Shown: positions 9,486-19,967 of the stretch, one piece after another
Layout of the letters: each line of letters starts with the position of its first letter
How positions within the stretch are numbered: position 1 is the stretch's first letter
Assembly (NCBI GenBank): GCA_041687695.1
Contig: JAWLBL010000026.1
Coordinates: 65,202 to 129,201, forward strand
DNA from: Myxococcota bacterium
GTDB taxonomy: Bacteria > Myxococcota_A > UBA9042 > PHBI01 > JAWLBL01
Direction of reading: 5' to 3'
Length of the DNA: 64,000 nt
Position numbers and translations under genes: made by a program
Notes under the pieces: generated by a model
Told to the model about the DNA's origin: nothing
Database searches by the model: none
The model's input: only the letters and a program-made list of their open reading frames with translations

Positions 9486-10430
9486 TCAGGCGACGAACGG
9501 CACGGCCAGGGCGCTGAAGAGCTGGCGGTCCGCGTGGGCGCGGACGTAGTCGGGGTCGATGGCCGGGACCAGCTTGGCGGTGCGCACCGAGGCGTACCAG
9601 TGGACGACGCGCGTCTCGGGGGACAGGGCCTGGTCGAGGCGGGGGCGTCGGGTGTCGCGGAACCAGTGCTCGCTGATCTCGGGGGCCAGCGGGTAGAAGA
9701 CCGCCGGGGGATGCACCTCGAGGTCGCGGCCCGGGTACGAGGCCACGACGTCCTGGAGCAGGTGGGTGCCCAGGGCGAAGCGGACGGTCTGGCGCTCGCG
9801 CGGCATGTCGACCATGCGGGCGAGCAGCTCGCGGACCAGCGGGTGGCCGGGGGCGGCGCCCAGGACGGCGTTGTTGACGGCGGTGGGGTAGGCGCGCTGG
9901 ACGACGTGGAAGGCGCGCCAGCCCTCCGGCGTGCGGCGCAGCACGTCGCGGACGACCGTGCGCAGGCCGGCGGCGGCCAGGGTCCTGGGGTGGCGCGAGC
10001 GGCGGACCGCGGCCGGGAAGACCAGGCGCTCGGCGCCGCAGAAGACGCCCGCGGTGGCGCGCAGCGGGCCCAGGCTGCGGACGGTCACCGTGTCGAGGTC
10101 CAGGTAGACGCCGCCCTCGGCCATGAGCAGGGCCGCGCGCACCATGTTGGCGCGGCCGGCGGGCTGCTCGATGCGGCGGTACAGGTCGACCAGGCGGTCG
10201 CCCAGACCGGGGACGGCGGCGAGGACGGCCTCGGCGTCCAGCGGTCGGGTCTCTAGGCCGGGGATGGTCTGGACGTCGGGCCACCAGCGGGTGCCCGAGA
10301 GGTCGTCGGCGTGGTGCAGGACGAGGCGCTGGAAGCCCCCGCGCCGCGCGGCCGAGCGCAGGGCCAGCACGTGGACCCAGGGGAGCTGCCGGCCGAACCA
10401 GATGAAGTGGGCGAGGGACGGGATGCTCAT
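9486..10430 (-). CDS. Glycosyltransferase, GT32 / DXD sugar-binding family
   Basis: HFIWFG N-terminus; EGGVYLDLD DxD motif; NNAVLGAAPGHP. Confidence 0.85.
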   Translation of the reverse strand: MSIPSLAHFIWFGRQLPWVHVLALRSAARRGGFQRLVLHHADDLSGTRWWPDVQTIPGLETRPLDAEAVLAAVPGLGDRLVDLYRRIEQPAGRANMVRAALLMAEGGVYLDLDTVTVRSLGPLRATAGVFCGAERLVFPAAVRRSRHPRTLAAAGLRTVVRDVLRRTPEGWRAFHVVQRAYPTAVNNAVLGAAPGHPLVRELLARMVDMPRERQTVRFALGTHLLQDVVASYPGRDLEVHPPAVFYPLAPEISEHWFRDTRRPRLDQALSPETRVVHWYASVRTAKLVPAIDPDYVRAHADRQLFSALAVPFVA

Positions 10431-11944
10431 GCGGGGAGGCGGCCGTACAGGGTGTTGAGCTCGCGGAGGGCGCCGCCGACCTCGTCGTTGAAGGCCTCGG
10501 CCCGGACGCGCCAGGCCCAGTTGCCGTCGGCGGCGCCGGGGGTGTTCATGCGCGCGCCGGAGTCGAGGCGCAGCACGTCCTGGAGCTGGGCGATGGCCGT
10601 GTGGCCGACCGAGGCCCAGCTGGCGCGCAACAGATCCCAGGCGACGTCGTGCCCGTCGGTGCCCAGGTAGCGGCGGACGTGGTCGCGCGTCGGCTCGGGC
10701 AGGCGCTGCCACCAGCCGACGGTCGTGTCGTTGTCGTGGGTGCCGGGGTAGACGACGCAGTTCTCGACGTGGTTGTGCGGCAGGAAGGGGTTGGAGGCGT
10801 CCTCGCCGAAGGCGAAGTGCAGGACCTTCATGCCGGGCACGGCGACCGCGTCGCGCAGATCGTGGACGCGCTGGTCGATGTTGCCCAGATCCTCGGCGAT
10901 GATGGGCAGGTCGCCCAGCGCCTGCCGCAGATCGTCGAACACGCCGCGGCCCGGGCCCTGGACCCACTTGCCGGGGCGCGCGTCCTTGGCGCCGGGCGGG
11001 ACCTCCCAGTAGTCGGCGAAGGCGCGGAAGTGGTCGATGCGCACGACGTCGACCTGCCGCAGGATGCGGCGCAGGCGTTGGACCCACCAGCGGTGCTGCT
11101 GCCGCCCCATCAGCGGCCAGTCGTACAGCGGGTTGCCCCACAGCTGGCCCGTCTCGCTGAAGTAGTCGGGCGGCACGCCGGCGACGCCCAGCGGCTGCCC
11201 CTGGTAGTCCAGGCGGAACTGCTCGCGGTCGCTCCAGACGTCGGCGCTGTCGCGGTCGACGTAGATGGGCAGGTCCCCGACGACGCGGACGCCGCGCTGG
11301 GCGGCGTGGTGCTTGAGCGCGTGCCACTGCCGCTCGAACAGCAACTGCACCGCGATCTGGTGGTCGACCTCTTCGCGCAGGCGGTCCGTGGCCTTGGCCA
11401 GGGCGTCCGGCTTGCGGTCGCGCAGCGGCGGGTCCCAGCGCCACCAGGGGGCGCCGTCGTGCGCGTCCTTGAGCGCCGCGAACAGGGCGGCGTCCTCGAC
11501 CCAGGGCTCGTCGGCGCGGAAGCGCTCGAGCTCGCCGCGCAGCGGGTGCTTGGGGTCGGTCGCCAGCCGGCGCGTGGCCTTGCGGACGAGGGGGCGCTTG
11601 AAGGCGGCGACCTGGGCGAAGTCGACGCGGTCGGGCGAGGTGGGGCCGACCTCGAGATCGGCCACGTCGACGAGGCCCTCGTCGAGCAGCCCCTCGGGAT
11701 CGATGAGCCACGGGCTGCCCGACAGGGAGCTGGCCGTGGAGTAGGGCGAGGCGCCCGGGCCCGGCGGGTTGAGCGGCAGGATCTGCCACGCGGTCATCCC
11801 CGCGTCGGCGAGCCAGTCGACGAAGCGGTGGGCCGCCTCGCCGAGGTCGCCGATGCCGAAGCGGCCGGGCAGCGACGTCGGATGCAGCAGCAGGCCGGCG
11901 CCGCGGAAGAAGACCGAGGAGCTGTGCGCGGGGGTGGTCGTCAT
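10427..11944 (-). CDS. malQ: 4-alpha-glucanotransferase (amylomaltase, GH77)
   Basis: GLLLHPTSLP, GDLPIYV, GQLWGNPLY, RIDHFR, IAEDLG, GTHDNDT, RMNTPG motifs. Confidence 0.97.
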   Translation of the reverse strand: MTTTPAHSSSVFFRGAGLLLHPTSLPGRFGIGDLGEAAHRFVDWLADAGMTAWQILPLNPPGPGASPYSTASSLSGSPWLIDPEGLLDEGLVDVADLEVGPTSPDRVDFAQVAAFKRPLVRKATRRLATDPKHPLRGELERFRADEPWVEDAALFAALKDAHDGAPWWRWDPPLRDRKPDALAKATDRLREEVDHQIAVQLLFERQWHALKHHAAQRGVRVVGDLPIYVDRDSADVWSDREQFRLDYQGQPLGVAGVPPDYFSETGQLWGNPLYDWPLMGRQQHRWWVQRLRRILRQVDVVRIDHFRAFADYWEVPPGAKDARPGKWVQGPGRGVFDDLRQALGDLPIIAEDLGNIDQRVHDLRDAVAVPGMKVLHFAFGEDASNPFLPHNHVENCVVYPGTHDNDTTVGWWQRLPEPTRDHVRRYLGTDGHDVAWDLLRASWASVGHTAIAQLQDVLRLDSGARMNTPGAADGNWAWRVRAEAFNDEVGGALRELNTLYGRLPA

Positions 11945-11983
11945 GGGCCGCAAGAGTGCCCCCGCCCCGAGGGGGTGGCAAGC

Positions 11984-12045
11984 ACGCAGCTTCACGCCTC
12001 GGGGTGACGCAGCTTCACGCCTCGGGGTGACGCAGCTTCACGCCT
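11984..12045. repeat. 23-bp tandem repeat, about 2.7 copies, in the malQ/aminotransferase divergent intergenic region
   Basis: ACGCAGCTTCACGCCTCGGGGTG at 11984 and 12007, with a partial copy at 12030-12045. Confidence 0.9.
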
Positions 12046-12119
12046 TGCACGCTGCGACACGGGCCGCACCGCGCGCAGGACGCTGGTCAAAGCGAGCGGC
12101 GGAGCTTATCAAGGGGCTC

Positions 12120-13283
12120 ATGCCCCGCCATCCACGCGTCTCGCCCACCACCGAGTCCATCTCGTCGCGCGTGTTCAGCGCCCTGACCGACCGCATCGCG
12201 CGCCACCCGGGCCCGCTGTACCCGCTGCACGTCGGGGACACCTGGCTCGAGCCGCTCGAGGCCGCGCGCGCCGAGGCCCAGCGCACGGACGACGCCCCCG
12301 GACTGCACAGGTACACGCCGCCACAGGGGCTGCCGGAGCTGCTGGCCGTCATCGCCGACCGGCTCCACCGCCGCTCCGGCCTGTCCGTCGACCCCGCCTG
12401 CGTCCAGGTCGTCTCGGGCGCCACCAGCGGCCTCGCCGTCGTCTGCCAGACCCTCCTCGACCCGGGCGACGAGGTCCTGCTGCCCTCGCCGTTCTGGCCC
12501 CTCGTCCGCGGCATCATCGCCGCCCGCGGCGCCGTCCCGGTCCAGGTCCCCCTCTTCACGCACCTCGGCGAGCCCGGCTTCGACCTCGAGGCCGCCCTCG
12601 AGGCCGCCATCACGCCCCGCACCGCCGCCCTGTACGTCAACTCGCCCCACAACCCCACCGGCCGCATCCTCGGCCCCGCCGACATCGACGCCATCGCCCG
12701 CGTCGCCACCCGCCACGACCTGTGGGTCATGACCGACGAGGTCTACGAGGAGCTCTACTTCGGCGACGCGCCCCCGCCCCCCGTCTGGGCCCACCCCGAT
12801 CTGCGCGACCGCGCCATCGCGACCCACAGCCTGTCCAAGGCCTATGGCCTCGCCGGCGCCCGCGTCGGCTACACCCACGGCCCGCCGGACGTGATGAAGC
12901 GCGTCCAGGGCGTCCACACCTTCCTGGTCTACTGCGCCGCCCGCCCCATGCAGCGCGGCGCCATCGCCGCCCTGCGCGACGGCGACGCCTGGCTCGCCGA
13001 CGCCCGCCGCGCCTACCGCGACGCCGCCGCCCGCGCCTCGGCCGCCCTCGACCTGCCCATGCCCGCCTCCGGCACCTTCCTCTTCTTCGACACCGCGCCC
13101 TGGCTCGGCGGCGGCGACGACGCGCTGCCCTTCCTCGAGCGCTGCGTCGACGCGGGCGTCATCCTGGTCCCCGGCGCCTCCTCCGGCGACGCCTACCGCC
13201 GCTGGGCCCGCCTGTGCTTCACCTCGGTGCCGCCCGACCAGCTCGACCAGGCCCTCGAGCGCCTGCGCGGCGTCATGCGCTGA
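12120..13283 (+). CDS. PLP-dependent aminotransferase, class I/II
   Basis: NSPHNPTG, DEVY and SLSKAYGLAGARVG (PLP lysine) motifs. Confidence 0.93.
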   Translation: MPRHPRVSPTTESISSRVFSALTDRIARHPGPLYPLHVGDTWLEPLEAARAEAQRTDDAPGLHRYTPPQGLPELLAVIADRLHRRSGLSVDPACVQVVSGATSGLAVVCQTLLDPGDEVLLPSPFWPLVRGIIAARGAVPVQVPLFTHLGEPGFDLEAALEAAITPRTAALYVNSPHNPTGRILGPADIDAIARVATRHDLWVMTDEVYEELYFGDAPPPPVWAHPDLRDRAIATHSLSKAYGLAGARVGYTHGPPDVMKRVQGVHTFLVYCAARPMQRGAIAALRDGDAWLADARRAYRDAAARASAALDLPMPASGTFLFFDTAPWLGGGDDALPFLERCVDAGVILVPGASSGDAYRRWARLCFTSVPPDQLDQALERLRGVMR

Positions 13284-13348
13284 CACCGGGGCCGCTCCGC
13301 GGGCCGTTCGCCCTTGCGATCCGCGGCCGGGTGACTAGCCTGCCGCCC

Positions 13349-14158
13349 ATGCGCATCGTCTCCTGGAACGTCAACGGTCTGCGCGCCTGCGCCAAGAAGG
13401 GCTTCTGCGGCTGGCTCACCGCCAGCGAGGCCGATCTGGTCTGCGTGCAAGAGGTCCGGTCCCGCGAGGATCAGCTGCCCCCCGAGGTCTGCGGCCCCGA
13501 CGGCTGGCACACCCACTTCGTCGCCGCCGACAAGGCCGGCTACTCGGGCGTCGGCCTGTTCTCGCGCCGCGCGCCCGACGCGGTCACGACGACCCTGGGC
13601 GAGGACCGCTTCGACACCGAAGGCCGCGTGCAGATCGCGCGCTTCGGCCAGCTGGTCGTCGCCAACGTCTACTTCCCCAACGGCAACGGGACGCCGCTGC
13701 CCGGCGGCAAGCGCTCGAACGACCGCATCCCGTACAAGCTGGCCTTCTACGAGGCCCTGTTCGACCAGCTCGAGCCCGAGCGCGCGGCCGGCGCGCCCAT
13801 CCTGGTGCTGGGCGACTTCAACACGGCGCCCGCCGCCATCGACCTGGCGCGCCCCAAGCAGAACCTGGGCACCAGCGGCTTCACGCCCGAGGAGACCGAG
13901 CACCTGGCCGGGATCCTGGGCCGCGGCTGGACCGACACCTTCCGCCACTTCCACCCGGGGGCCGAGGGCCACTACACCTGGTGGAGCCAGCGCTTCGGCA
14001 TCCGCGAGAAGAACATCGGCTGGCGCATCGACCTGGTCGTCGCCTCGCCCGGCGCCCTGCCGTTCGTCAAGGGCGCCTTCATCCACCCGCACGTCAAGGG
14101 CTCCGACCACTGCCCGCTGGGGGTGGACGTCGACCCGGCCATCTGCGGCCCCGCCTGA
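13349..14158 (+). CDS. xth: Exodeoxyribonuclease III (AP endonuclease)
   Basis: MRIVSWNVNGLRA, CVQE, GYSGV, YFPNG, GDFN, YTWWS, GWRID, GSDHCP. Confidence 0.95.
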   Translation: MRIVSWNVNGLRACAKKGFCGWLTASEADLVCVQEVRSREDQLPPEVCGPDGWHTHFVAADKAGYSGVGLFSRRAPDAVTTTLGEDRFDTEGRVQIARFGQLVVANVYFPNGNGTPLPGGKRSNDRIPYKLAFYEALFDQLEPERAAGAPILVLGDFNTAPAAIDLARPKQNLGTSGFTPEETEHLAGILGRGWTDTFRHFHPGAEGHYTWWSQRFGIREKNIGWRIDLVVASPGALPFVKGAFIHPHVKGSDHCPLGVDVDPAICGPA

Positions 14159-14194
14159 GCGGGGCACCGCAGACGGCCGCGACCGATCATCGGA

Positions 14195-14497
14195 TCAGTA
14201 GGTCGGCGCCGGCTTCTTGACGTTGGCGCCGCCGACCTTCGACACGGGCAGGCCGTAGGCCTTGGACGGCTCGACGACCATGTACTCGTTGTCGCTGTAG
14301 CTGCCCACGACGCCCTCGAGGTAGTCGCGCAGCTGCGGGACGGCCGAGGCCTCCCAGATGCAGGTCGCCGCGGTGCCGTCGCCGTTGGGGTACGAGCCGT
14401 GCATCACCATGCCGTTCGGAACGTTCGGCAGCTCGCGCTCCGCGGTGCTCCAGAAGGCGTTCGGGTCCGAGATGCGGTGGTTGACGACGATGTACAT
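14195..14497 (-). CDS. Small conserved hypothetical protein (100 aa)
   Basis: RBS GAGGA, normal codon usage, globular composition (ATCIWEA motif). Confidence 0.7.
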   Translation of the reverse strand: MYIVVNHRISDPNAFWSTAERELPNVPNGMVMHGSYPNGDGTAATCIWEASAVPQLRDYLEGVVGSYSDNEYMVVEPSKAYGLPVSKVGGANVKKPAPTY

Positions 14498-14705
14498 GCG
14501 TGTGTCCTCGTGTGTTGGACGGACGGGGGCCGGGCTGCGCGCTCGCGCCGCCTCGAAGCTCCCGCCCCGCTTTGGGAATGCGCGGACTCTGCCACGGCGT
14601 CCGCGCAGGACAACCTGGGGGGCCCATTCCGGCGTCGCGGCGCGAAGAACCGTTACACGTCGAGGACTTGCCGGCGACGCGGCGTCACCGGCCGGGCGCG
14701 CGCCG

Positions 14706-16814
14706 TCACGGGCAGGGCGTCCCCGGGGCGGCCGGCGCGGGGACGATCGCGACCCCGTCCCGCAGGAAGCTGGCGAAGAAGCAGCCGTACTGGTAGCGGA
14801 CCTCTTCCAGGTCCGTGAAGATGTCGTGCGGATCGTTCTTGCCGTCGCCTTCGTACTGCACGACCACGCCGGTGTAGGGCGCGTCGTCCAGCGAGGTCAG
14901 GTTCTGGCTGACCGGATAGGGCTGCAGGCCGTCCAGACCGGCCAGCGCCAACGCCTGTTGCATGGATGGCCAGACCGTGTCGCCGGCCTGCTGGTGGCCG
15001 TACGCCAGGGCCATCGCGTCGAACAGCGGCGTCGGGAAGTAGCTGTCGTCCTTGCCCACCGGCTCGTAGACGGGGCGCACGGGGTGGCCCGGCAGCGGCC
15101 GGCGGGCCAGGCGCGGCATGAAGACCATCGGCTCGGCGTCCTCCCAGGCGGTCTGCAGCGTGTGCAGGACCGGGTGGAACAGGCTCAGCGGCGCCTCGGT
15201 CCCCAGCATGAGCGACAGCAGCGGCGGGATGTCGAGGAGGTCGGTGACGATGGCGAAGTGGCTCCAGTAGCCGCCGGCGCCGGTCGGGACCAGGGCCTCG
15301 AGCCGCGGCTCGACCGCGCCCACCAGGTTCGTGTACATGCCCCCCATCGACTGCCCCATCGCGACCACCGGGTCCGCCCGGAAACGGAAGGCGTCCTCGC
15401 CCTCGGGCAGCGTCGGGCCGTCGCAGCCGGCCAGGGCCGCGGGCGGGATCTGCAGACGCAGCAAGGCCTCGAGGTACAGGCGCTGCTCGATGACGCCCTG
15501 GCGGAAGGTGTCGCGGAAGGCGGCCAGGTTCGCGAAGTTCAGGTAGGCGATGGCCGAGGCGCCGGGGACCCGCTCGGGGTTGACCGGGTGGGCGCTGCCG
15601 GCCGTGCCGAAGCCGTGCTGGGCCAGGACGTGCGCCGGGCCCAGGCCCTTCGTCTCGTTGCCCTGGGCGTCGTCGGGGCCGCGGTCGACCACCTGGGTCG
15701 CCAGGCCGCCCGACCCGTGGAAGTACAGGACCAGCGGATAGCCGCCGGCCGGCATCGGGGCGCGCGGGACGGTGACGACCACCGGGATGGTCTCGCTGCG
15801 TTGCACAATGGGCGCGCCCTGGGCGTCGAGTTCGAACAGGCCCTCGCTGTCGAAGGGGGCGACGCCGCGCTGGAACTGGGGCAGCGTGAGGGTGCCGTGC
15901 AGCTCGCAGAAGCGCTCGTGATCGGCGCCGTCGTCGGGATCGAGGGCCAGGTCCGCGAGATCGACGTCGTGGGCGGCCAGGACGCCTTCGGACAGCTCGG
16001 CCAGCCGGCGCACGGGGTCGCCGGTGGTGAAGACGGTGGCGGCGGCGACGTCGGCGGGGGCGAGGTCCAGCAGGGCCAGCGCGTCGCGCAGGGGCGCGTA
16101 GAGGGCGGCGGCGGCCTGCCCGCGGGGGCCGGCGGGGGCGTGGCCGTGCAAGAGGGCGGCCAGGGCGTCGGGTTGGCCGAGAGGCTGGCCCTGGGCGTCG
16201 TTCAGGCTGCGGCGGACGACGAGGGCGTAGGTGGTCTCGGGGGCGAGCACGAAGCCGGGGCGCGGGGCGATGGCCAGGACGTCGGGGGGCGTGTAGGGGT
16301 CGGGCTCGAGGGTGAGGGCGATCAGCGGGACCAGGGCGCCGCGGGCTGGCGAGTCGGGGTCGACGTCGACCAGCAGGAGCGGGGACTGGGCGTCGGCCGG
16401 GATGACCTGGGACGGGTCGCGGGGGGCCAGGGGGGCGTCGAAGCGGAACCAGGCGACCGGGGTCATGGGGAAGCCGGGATGCTGCATTGCAGCAGCGGCG
16501 AGGTTGGCCAGGAGATCGAGCTGGTTGGGGTTGGGCAGGCCGGAGAGGTCGGGGGTGCCCTGGGCGGTCAGGCGCAGGTCGGACGGGTAGGGGAAGTCGA
16601 AGAAGGTCTCTGGGGTGCGCCAGTCGCCCGAGAGGTCGAAGGCGGCCTGGGTGCCGGGGAAGCCGACCGGGACCTCGACGTCGGTCGCGTCGGGCTGGGC
16701 GATGTCCTTGAGAGCTTCGGCGTCGGCCACGTCGGGACGCGCGGCGGGGTCGGGGTCGGGGTCGCCGCAGGCGGAGGCGAGCAGCAGCGACAGGGCGAGG
16801 GTTGCGGCTCTCAC
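14706..16814 (-). CDS. Lipoprotein with Ig-like N-terminal region and alpha/beta-hydrolase domain
   Basis: Lipobox ASAC; FHGSGG oxyanion region; GQSMGG nucleophile elbow; C-terminal His (DPH). Confidence 0.8.
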   Translation of the reverse strand: MRAATLALSLLLASACGDPDPDPAARPDVADAEALKDIAQPDATDVEVPVGFPGTQAAFDLSGDWRTPETFFDFPYPSDLRLTAQGTPDLSGLPNPNQLDLLANLAAAAMQHPGFPMTPVAWFRFDAPLAPRDPSQVIPADAQSPLLLVDVDPDSPARGALVPLIALTLEPDPYTPPDVLAIAPRPGFVLAPETTYALVVRRSLNDAQGQPLGQPDALAALLHGHAPAGPRGQAAAALYAPLRDALALLDLAPADVAAATVFTTGDPVRRLAELSEGVLAAHDVDLADLALDPDDGADHERFCELHGTLTLPQFQRGVAPFDSEGLFELDAQGAPIVQRSETIPVVVTVPRAPMPAGGYPLVLYFHGSGGLATQVVDRGPDDAQGNETKGLGPAHVLAQHGFGTAGSAHPVNPERVPGASAIAYLNFANLAAFRDTFRQGVIEQRLYLEALLRLQIPPAALAGCDGPTLPEGEDAFRFRADPVVAMGQSMGGMYTNLVGAVEPRLEALVPTGAGGYWSHFAIVTDLLDIPPLLSLMLGTEAPLSLFHPVLHTLQTAWEDAEPMVFMPRLARRPLPGHPVRPVYEPVGKDDSYFPTPLFDAMALAYGHQQAGDTVWPSMQQALALAGLDGLQPYPVSQNLTSLDDAPYTGVVVQYEGDGKNDPHDIFTDLEEVRYQYGCFFASFLRDGVAIVPAPAAPGTPCP

Positions 16815-17464
16815 GCGGGGCTCCGGGGGTGGACGTCGAAGACGAGCGGGGGATTGACGGGGCGGTAGCGGACGTCGAGCGAGGCGGCGTTGGCCAGGGT
16901 GGTCGGGCCGAGCGTGGTCGTCCCGTAGCCCTCGTGGATGTGGCCGAAGACGTGGAGCTGGGGCTGGACGCGGCGGACGGCCTCGAGGAGATCGTCGCAG
17001 CCCTCGTGGCGGCCGTCCCAGCAGCGGTCGCCGTGACCGCGGGGCGGACCGTGGGTGATCAGCACGTCGGTGTCGGCGGGGATGAGGGCCCAGCGCTCGG
17101 CCAGCGGGGCGCCGCGGGGCAGGTTGAAGGCCCAGGCCATGAACTCGGGCTGCCAGGGGCTGCCCCAGAAGTGGACGCCGTCCAGGGTGACGCCGCTGTC
17201 CTCGAGGTAGTGGACGCCGGCCTCGGCCATGAGGCGCCGGGCGGCGTCGGGCTCGCGCTGGAACGCCCAGTCGTGGTTGCCCGCGACGACGACCTTGTGA
17301 CGGTGCGGCAGGTCGGCCAGCCAGTCGGCGACCTGATGGATCTCGGGCAGCAGCCCTCGGCCGGTCATGTCGCCGCCGTGGACCAGGACGTCGCCGTCGG
17401 GCAGCGCGAGGGCGCCGTGGCGCAGGTGGGTGTCGCTGATGGCGACGATGCGCAGCGGCGGCAT
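16811..17464 (-). CDS. Metallophosphoesterase (calcineurin-like)
   Basis: ISDTH, HGGD, AGNHD, THGPP, FGHIHE motifs. Confidence 0.93.
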   Translation of the reverse strand: MPPLRIVAISDTHLRHGALALPDGDVLVHGGDMTGRGLLPEIHQVADWLADLPHRHKVVVAGNHDWAFQREPDAARRLMAEAGVHYLEDSGVTLDGVHFWGSPWQPEFMAWAFNLPRGAPLAERWALIPADTDVLITHGPPRGHGDRCWDGRHEGCDDLLEAVRRVQPQLHVFGHIHEGYGTTTLGPTTLANAASLDVRYRPVNPPLVFDVHPRSPA

Positions 17465-17889
17465 CACCACTCCCCCTGGCTGGGGCGCGAGGCCCAGGGC
17501 TCGCGCGGGGGCAGGGCCTCGCCGCGCTGCAGCAGCTCGACCGAGATCTGGTCCGGGCTGCGGACGAAGGCCATGCGGCCGTCGCGCGGCGGGCGCAGGA
17601 TGGTGACGCCGCCCGCCTCGAGGCGCTCGCAGAGGGCGTAGATGTCGTCGACCTCGTAGGCCAGGTGTCCGAAGTTGCGGCCGCCGGGGTAGGGCTCGGT
17701 CTGGTCCCAGTTGTAGGTCAGCTCGACCTGGGCGGCGTCGCCCTCGGCGCCCGTCTCCAGGAAGACCAGGGTGAAGCGGCCCGACTCGCTGTCGCGGCGG
17801 CGCACCTCGCGTAGACCCAGGAGATCGCAGAAGAAGTGCAGGGCCGCGTCGAGGTCGCGCACCCGGATCATGGCGTGGAGAAAGCGCAT
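17464..17889 (-). CDS. gloA: Lactoylglutathione lyase (glyoxalase I, VOC family)
   Basis: [36 protein letters not shown] motifs. Confidence 0.88.
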   Translation of the reverse strand: MRFLHAMIRVRDLDAALHFFCDLLGLREVRRRDSESGRFTLVFLETGAEGDAAQVELTYNWDQTEPYPGGRNFGHLAYEVDDIYALCERLEAGGVTILRPPRDGRMAFVRSPDQISVELLQRGEALPPREPWASRPSQGEW

Positions 17890-18050
17890 CGGGGCCTCCG
17901 GCGTCGAGGGAGAGCGCGCCGACCGTGGCATGCGCCCCGGTTCGTGACAAGACGCCGTCGCCGGGCCGCGGCGGTGGGCGGGGCGCGCGTTGCGCGGGCG
18001 CGGGGGCTCGGTTAGGCTCGGCGGACCTGACCGCGTGGGGTTTCGCCGAG

Positions 18051-19967
18051 TTGGCCGACTTGTTGCTCATCGCCGTGCTCGTCCTGCTGGGGGCCTCGCT
18101 GATCGTGGGGCGGCTGGTGGGGCGGGGGCTGGCGCGCGGCCTGCGGGTCGCGCCGGGGCGCGGGCGAGAGGTCATGCCCGGGCTGCCCAGCCACGGCGAG
18201 GAGGCGACCGGCCGGGCGGCGGTGCGCTTCGACCGCGCGGTCGAGCGGATCGAGGCCCGCCTCATGCGGCTGCCCCCGGCGGAGCTGGGTGAGCTGGAGG
18301 CCGGCGCCCTGGCCGCGCGCTTCGGCGAGCCGCCCGAGGTGGTCGCCGCCGCCCTGGATGACCTCGCCGCGCGCGCCGAGCACCGCCTGCGCGTCACCGG
18401 CCGCGGCCGGCTGCTCTACGGCTTCACCCCCGAGGCTCTGGCCTCCGCCCGCCGCGCCCGCCGCGCCCAGATCCCCGCGCGCCTGGCCCTGCTGGTCCTC
18501 GGCTTGCTCGGCAACCTGGGCGCCGCCTGGCCGCTCCTGGCCACCCTCGGCCTCGCGGCCCTCGCCCTCGCCATCGGCCTGGACGATCTCGACGTCCTGG
18601 TCTGGGCCATGGGCGCCGCCGTCCTCGGCGTCTTCGCCGTCTTCGGCGCCACGCTCGGCCTCGGCGCCCTGCTCGGCTGGCTGCTCGACCCCAGCGCCCT
18701 CGGCCCGCGCCTGTCGCGCCTCGCGGCCGGCACCTCGGCCCCCTCGCGCGACCCGGTCCTGCGCGTCATGGGCGCCATCGCCGGCGGCACCGGACGCCTG
18801 CTCAAGGGCGCCGACGACGCCCGCGCCGCCCTGGTCCTGCTGGTCATCGGCCTGTTCCTCGCGGCCGTCCTCGGCGCCCTCTTCGGCGTCCTCCTGTGGC
18901 TGCGCGGCGTCGTCCGCGCCGTCCTGCGCCGCGACGCGCGCCACCTCGAGGTCTCCCCCGCCGACTGGGTCCACGCCCCGGCCCCGCCCGACCCGCTCGA
19001 GGCCGTCGCCCCCTCCCACGACATCGCCCTGGGCCTGCTCGACGCCGTCACCACCGCCGCCCGCCGCCGCCGCCCGGTCGACCCGGCCCTCGCCGCCCGC
19101 GTCGTCGCCCGCGCCCGCGCCCAGGGCGGCCGCCTGTCCGCCCTCGACCTCGCGCTCGCCGAGGGCTACGACCTCGACGAGGCCATCAGCCTGCTCGCCC
19201 AGCTCAGCGGCCGCGCCGGCGGCGATCTGCAGGTCTCCGAAGCCGGCGACCTCGACTTCACCTGGCCGGCCGACGTCCTCGCCCCCGGCGCCGCCCCGCC
19301 GCCCGTCCGCTTCGAGGCCGTCGCCCGCGCCCCCTCGGCCAGCGTCGCCGCCCGGCGCAAGTCCGTCTGGACCCTGCTCGCCGCCGACCCGGCGATCCGC
19401 GTCAACGTCCCCGGCCTGACCTGGGCCCACCTGCGCGCCGCCGACCGCCTCGCCGCCGGGACCGCGCTCATGGCCGTGGTCGCGGCCGGCGTCCTCGCCG
19501 TCGACACCCCGCTCACCGCCGGCCAGGCCGCGCTGCTCCTGGTCCCGGCGGTCCTCAACCTGGGCGCCGTCGCCCTGGCCGCCGCGGCCCGCTACGTCGC
19601 CCGCGTCGCCGCCGGCCAGGGTGTCCTGCGCGATCTCCGCCGCGCGGCCGTCCAGGCCGTCGCCTTCCAGCTGCAGGCGGGCGGCACCGACTTCGCCCCC
19701 GCCGCCGCCGCCGCCGAGCTGCACGCCACGCTCGCCCCGGCCTGGCCCGGCCTCACGGAAGCCGACGTCACCGCCGAGCTCGACGCCGTCGCGCTCGACC
19801 TCGGCCTCGACCTCGACCTCGACGGCACGGCCGAGCACGGCACGCCCCTGTTCCCGCTCGCCCCGCTGCGCGAGCGGCTGGCCTCCCTCGACGCCCTGCG
19901 CTCCCTCACCACCGACGCCGGCGCCGCCCACGGGGCCGACGTCGTCGTCTTCGACTCGGCCGCTTGA
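18051..19967 (+). CDS. Hypothetical multi-pass membrane protein (start uncertain)
   Basis: Long ORF with several hydrophobic segments; TGATG coupling to the next gene. Confidence 0.65.
   Translation: MADLLLIAVLVLLGASLIVGRLVGRGLARGLRVAPGRGREVMPGLPSHGEEATGRAAVRFDRAVERIEARLMRLPPAELGELEAGALAARFGEPPEVVAAALDDLAARAEHRLRVTGRGRLLYGFTPEALASARRARRAQIPARLALLVLGLLGNLGAAWPLLATLGLAALALAIGLDDLDVLVWAMGAAVLGVFAVFGATLGLGALLGWLLDPSALGPRLSRLAAGTSAPSRDPVLRVMGAIAGGTGRLLKGADDARAALVLLVIGLFLAAVLGALFGVLLWLRGVVRAVLRRDARHLEVSPADWVHAPAPPDPLEAVAPSHDIALGLLDAVTTAARRRRPVDPALAARVVARARAQGGRLSALDLALAEGYDLDEAISLLAQLSGRAGGDLQVSEAGDLDFTWPADVLAPGAAPPPVRFEAVARAPSASVAARRKSVWTLLAADPAIRVNVPGLTWAHLRAADRLAAGTALMAVVAAGVLAVDTPLTAGQAALLLVPAVLNLGAVALAAAARYVARVAAGQGVLRDLRRAAVQAVAFQLQAGGTDFAPAAAAAELHATLAPAWPGLTEADVTAELDAVALDLGLDLDLDGTAEHGTPLFPLAPLRERLASLDALRSLTTDAGAAHGADVVVFDSAA

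Noticed and set aside
11984..12045. Possible mini-CRISPR array
   Set aside because: The repeats are contiguous with no spacers, and there are no cas genes in the window
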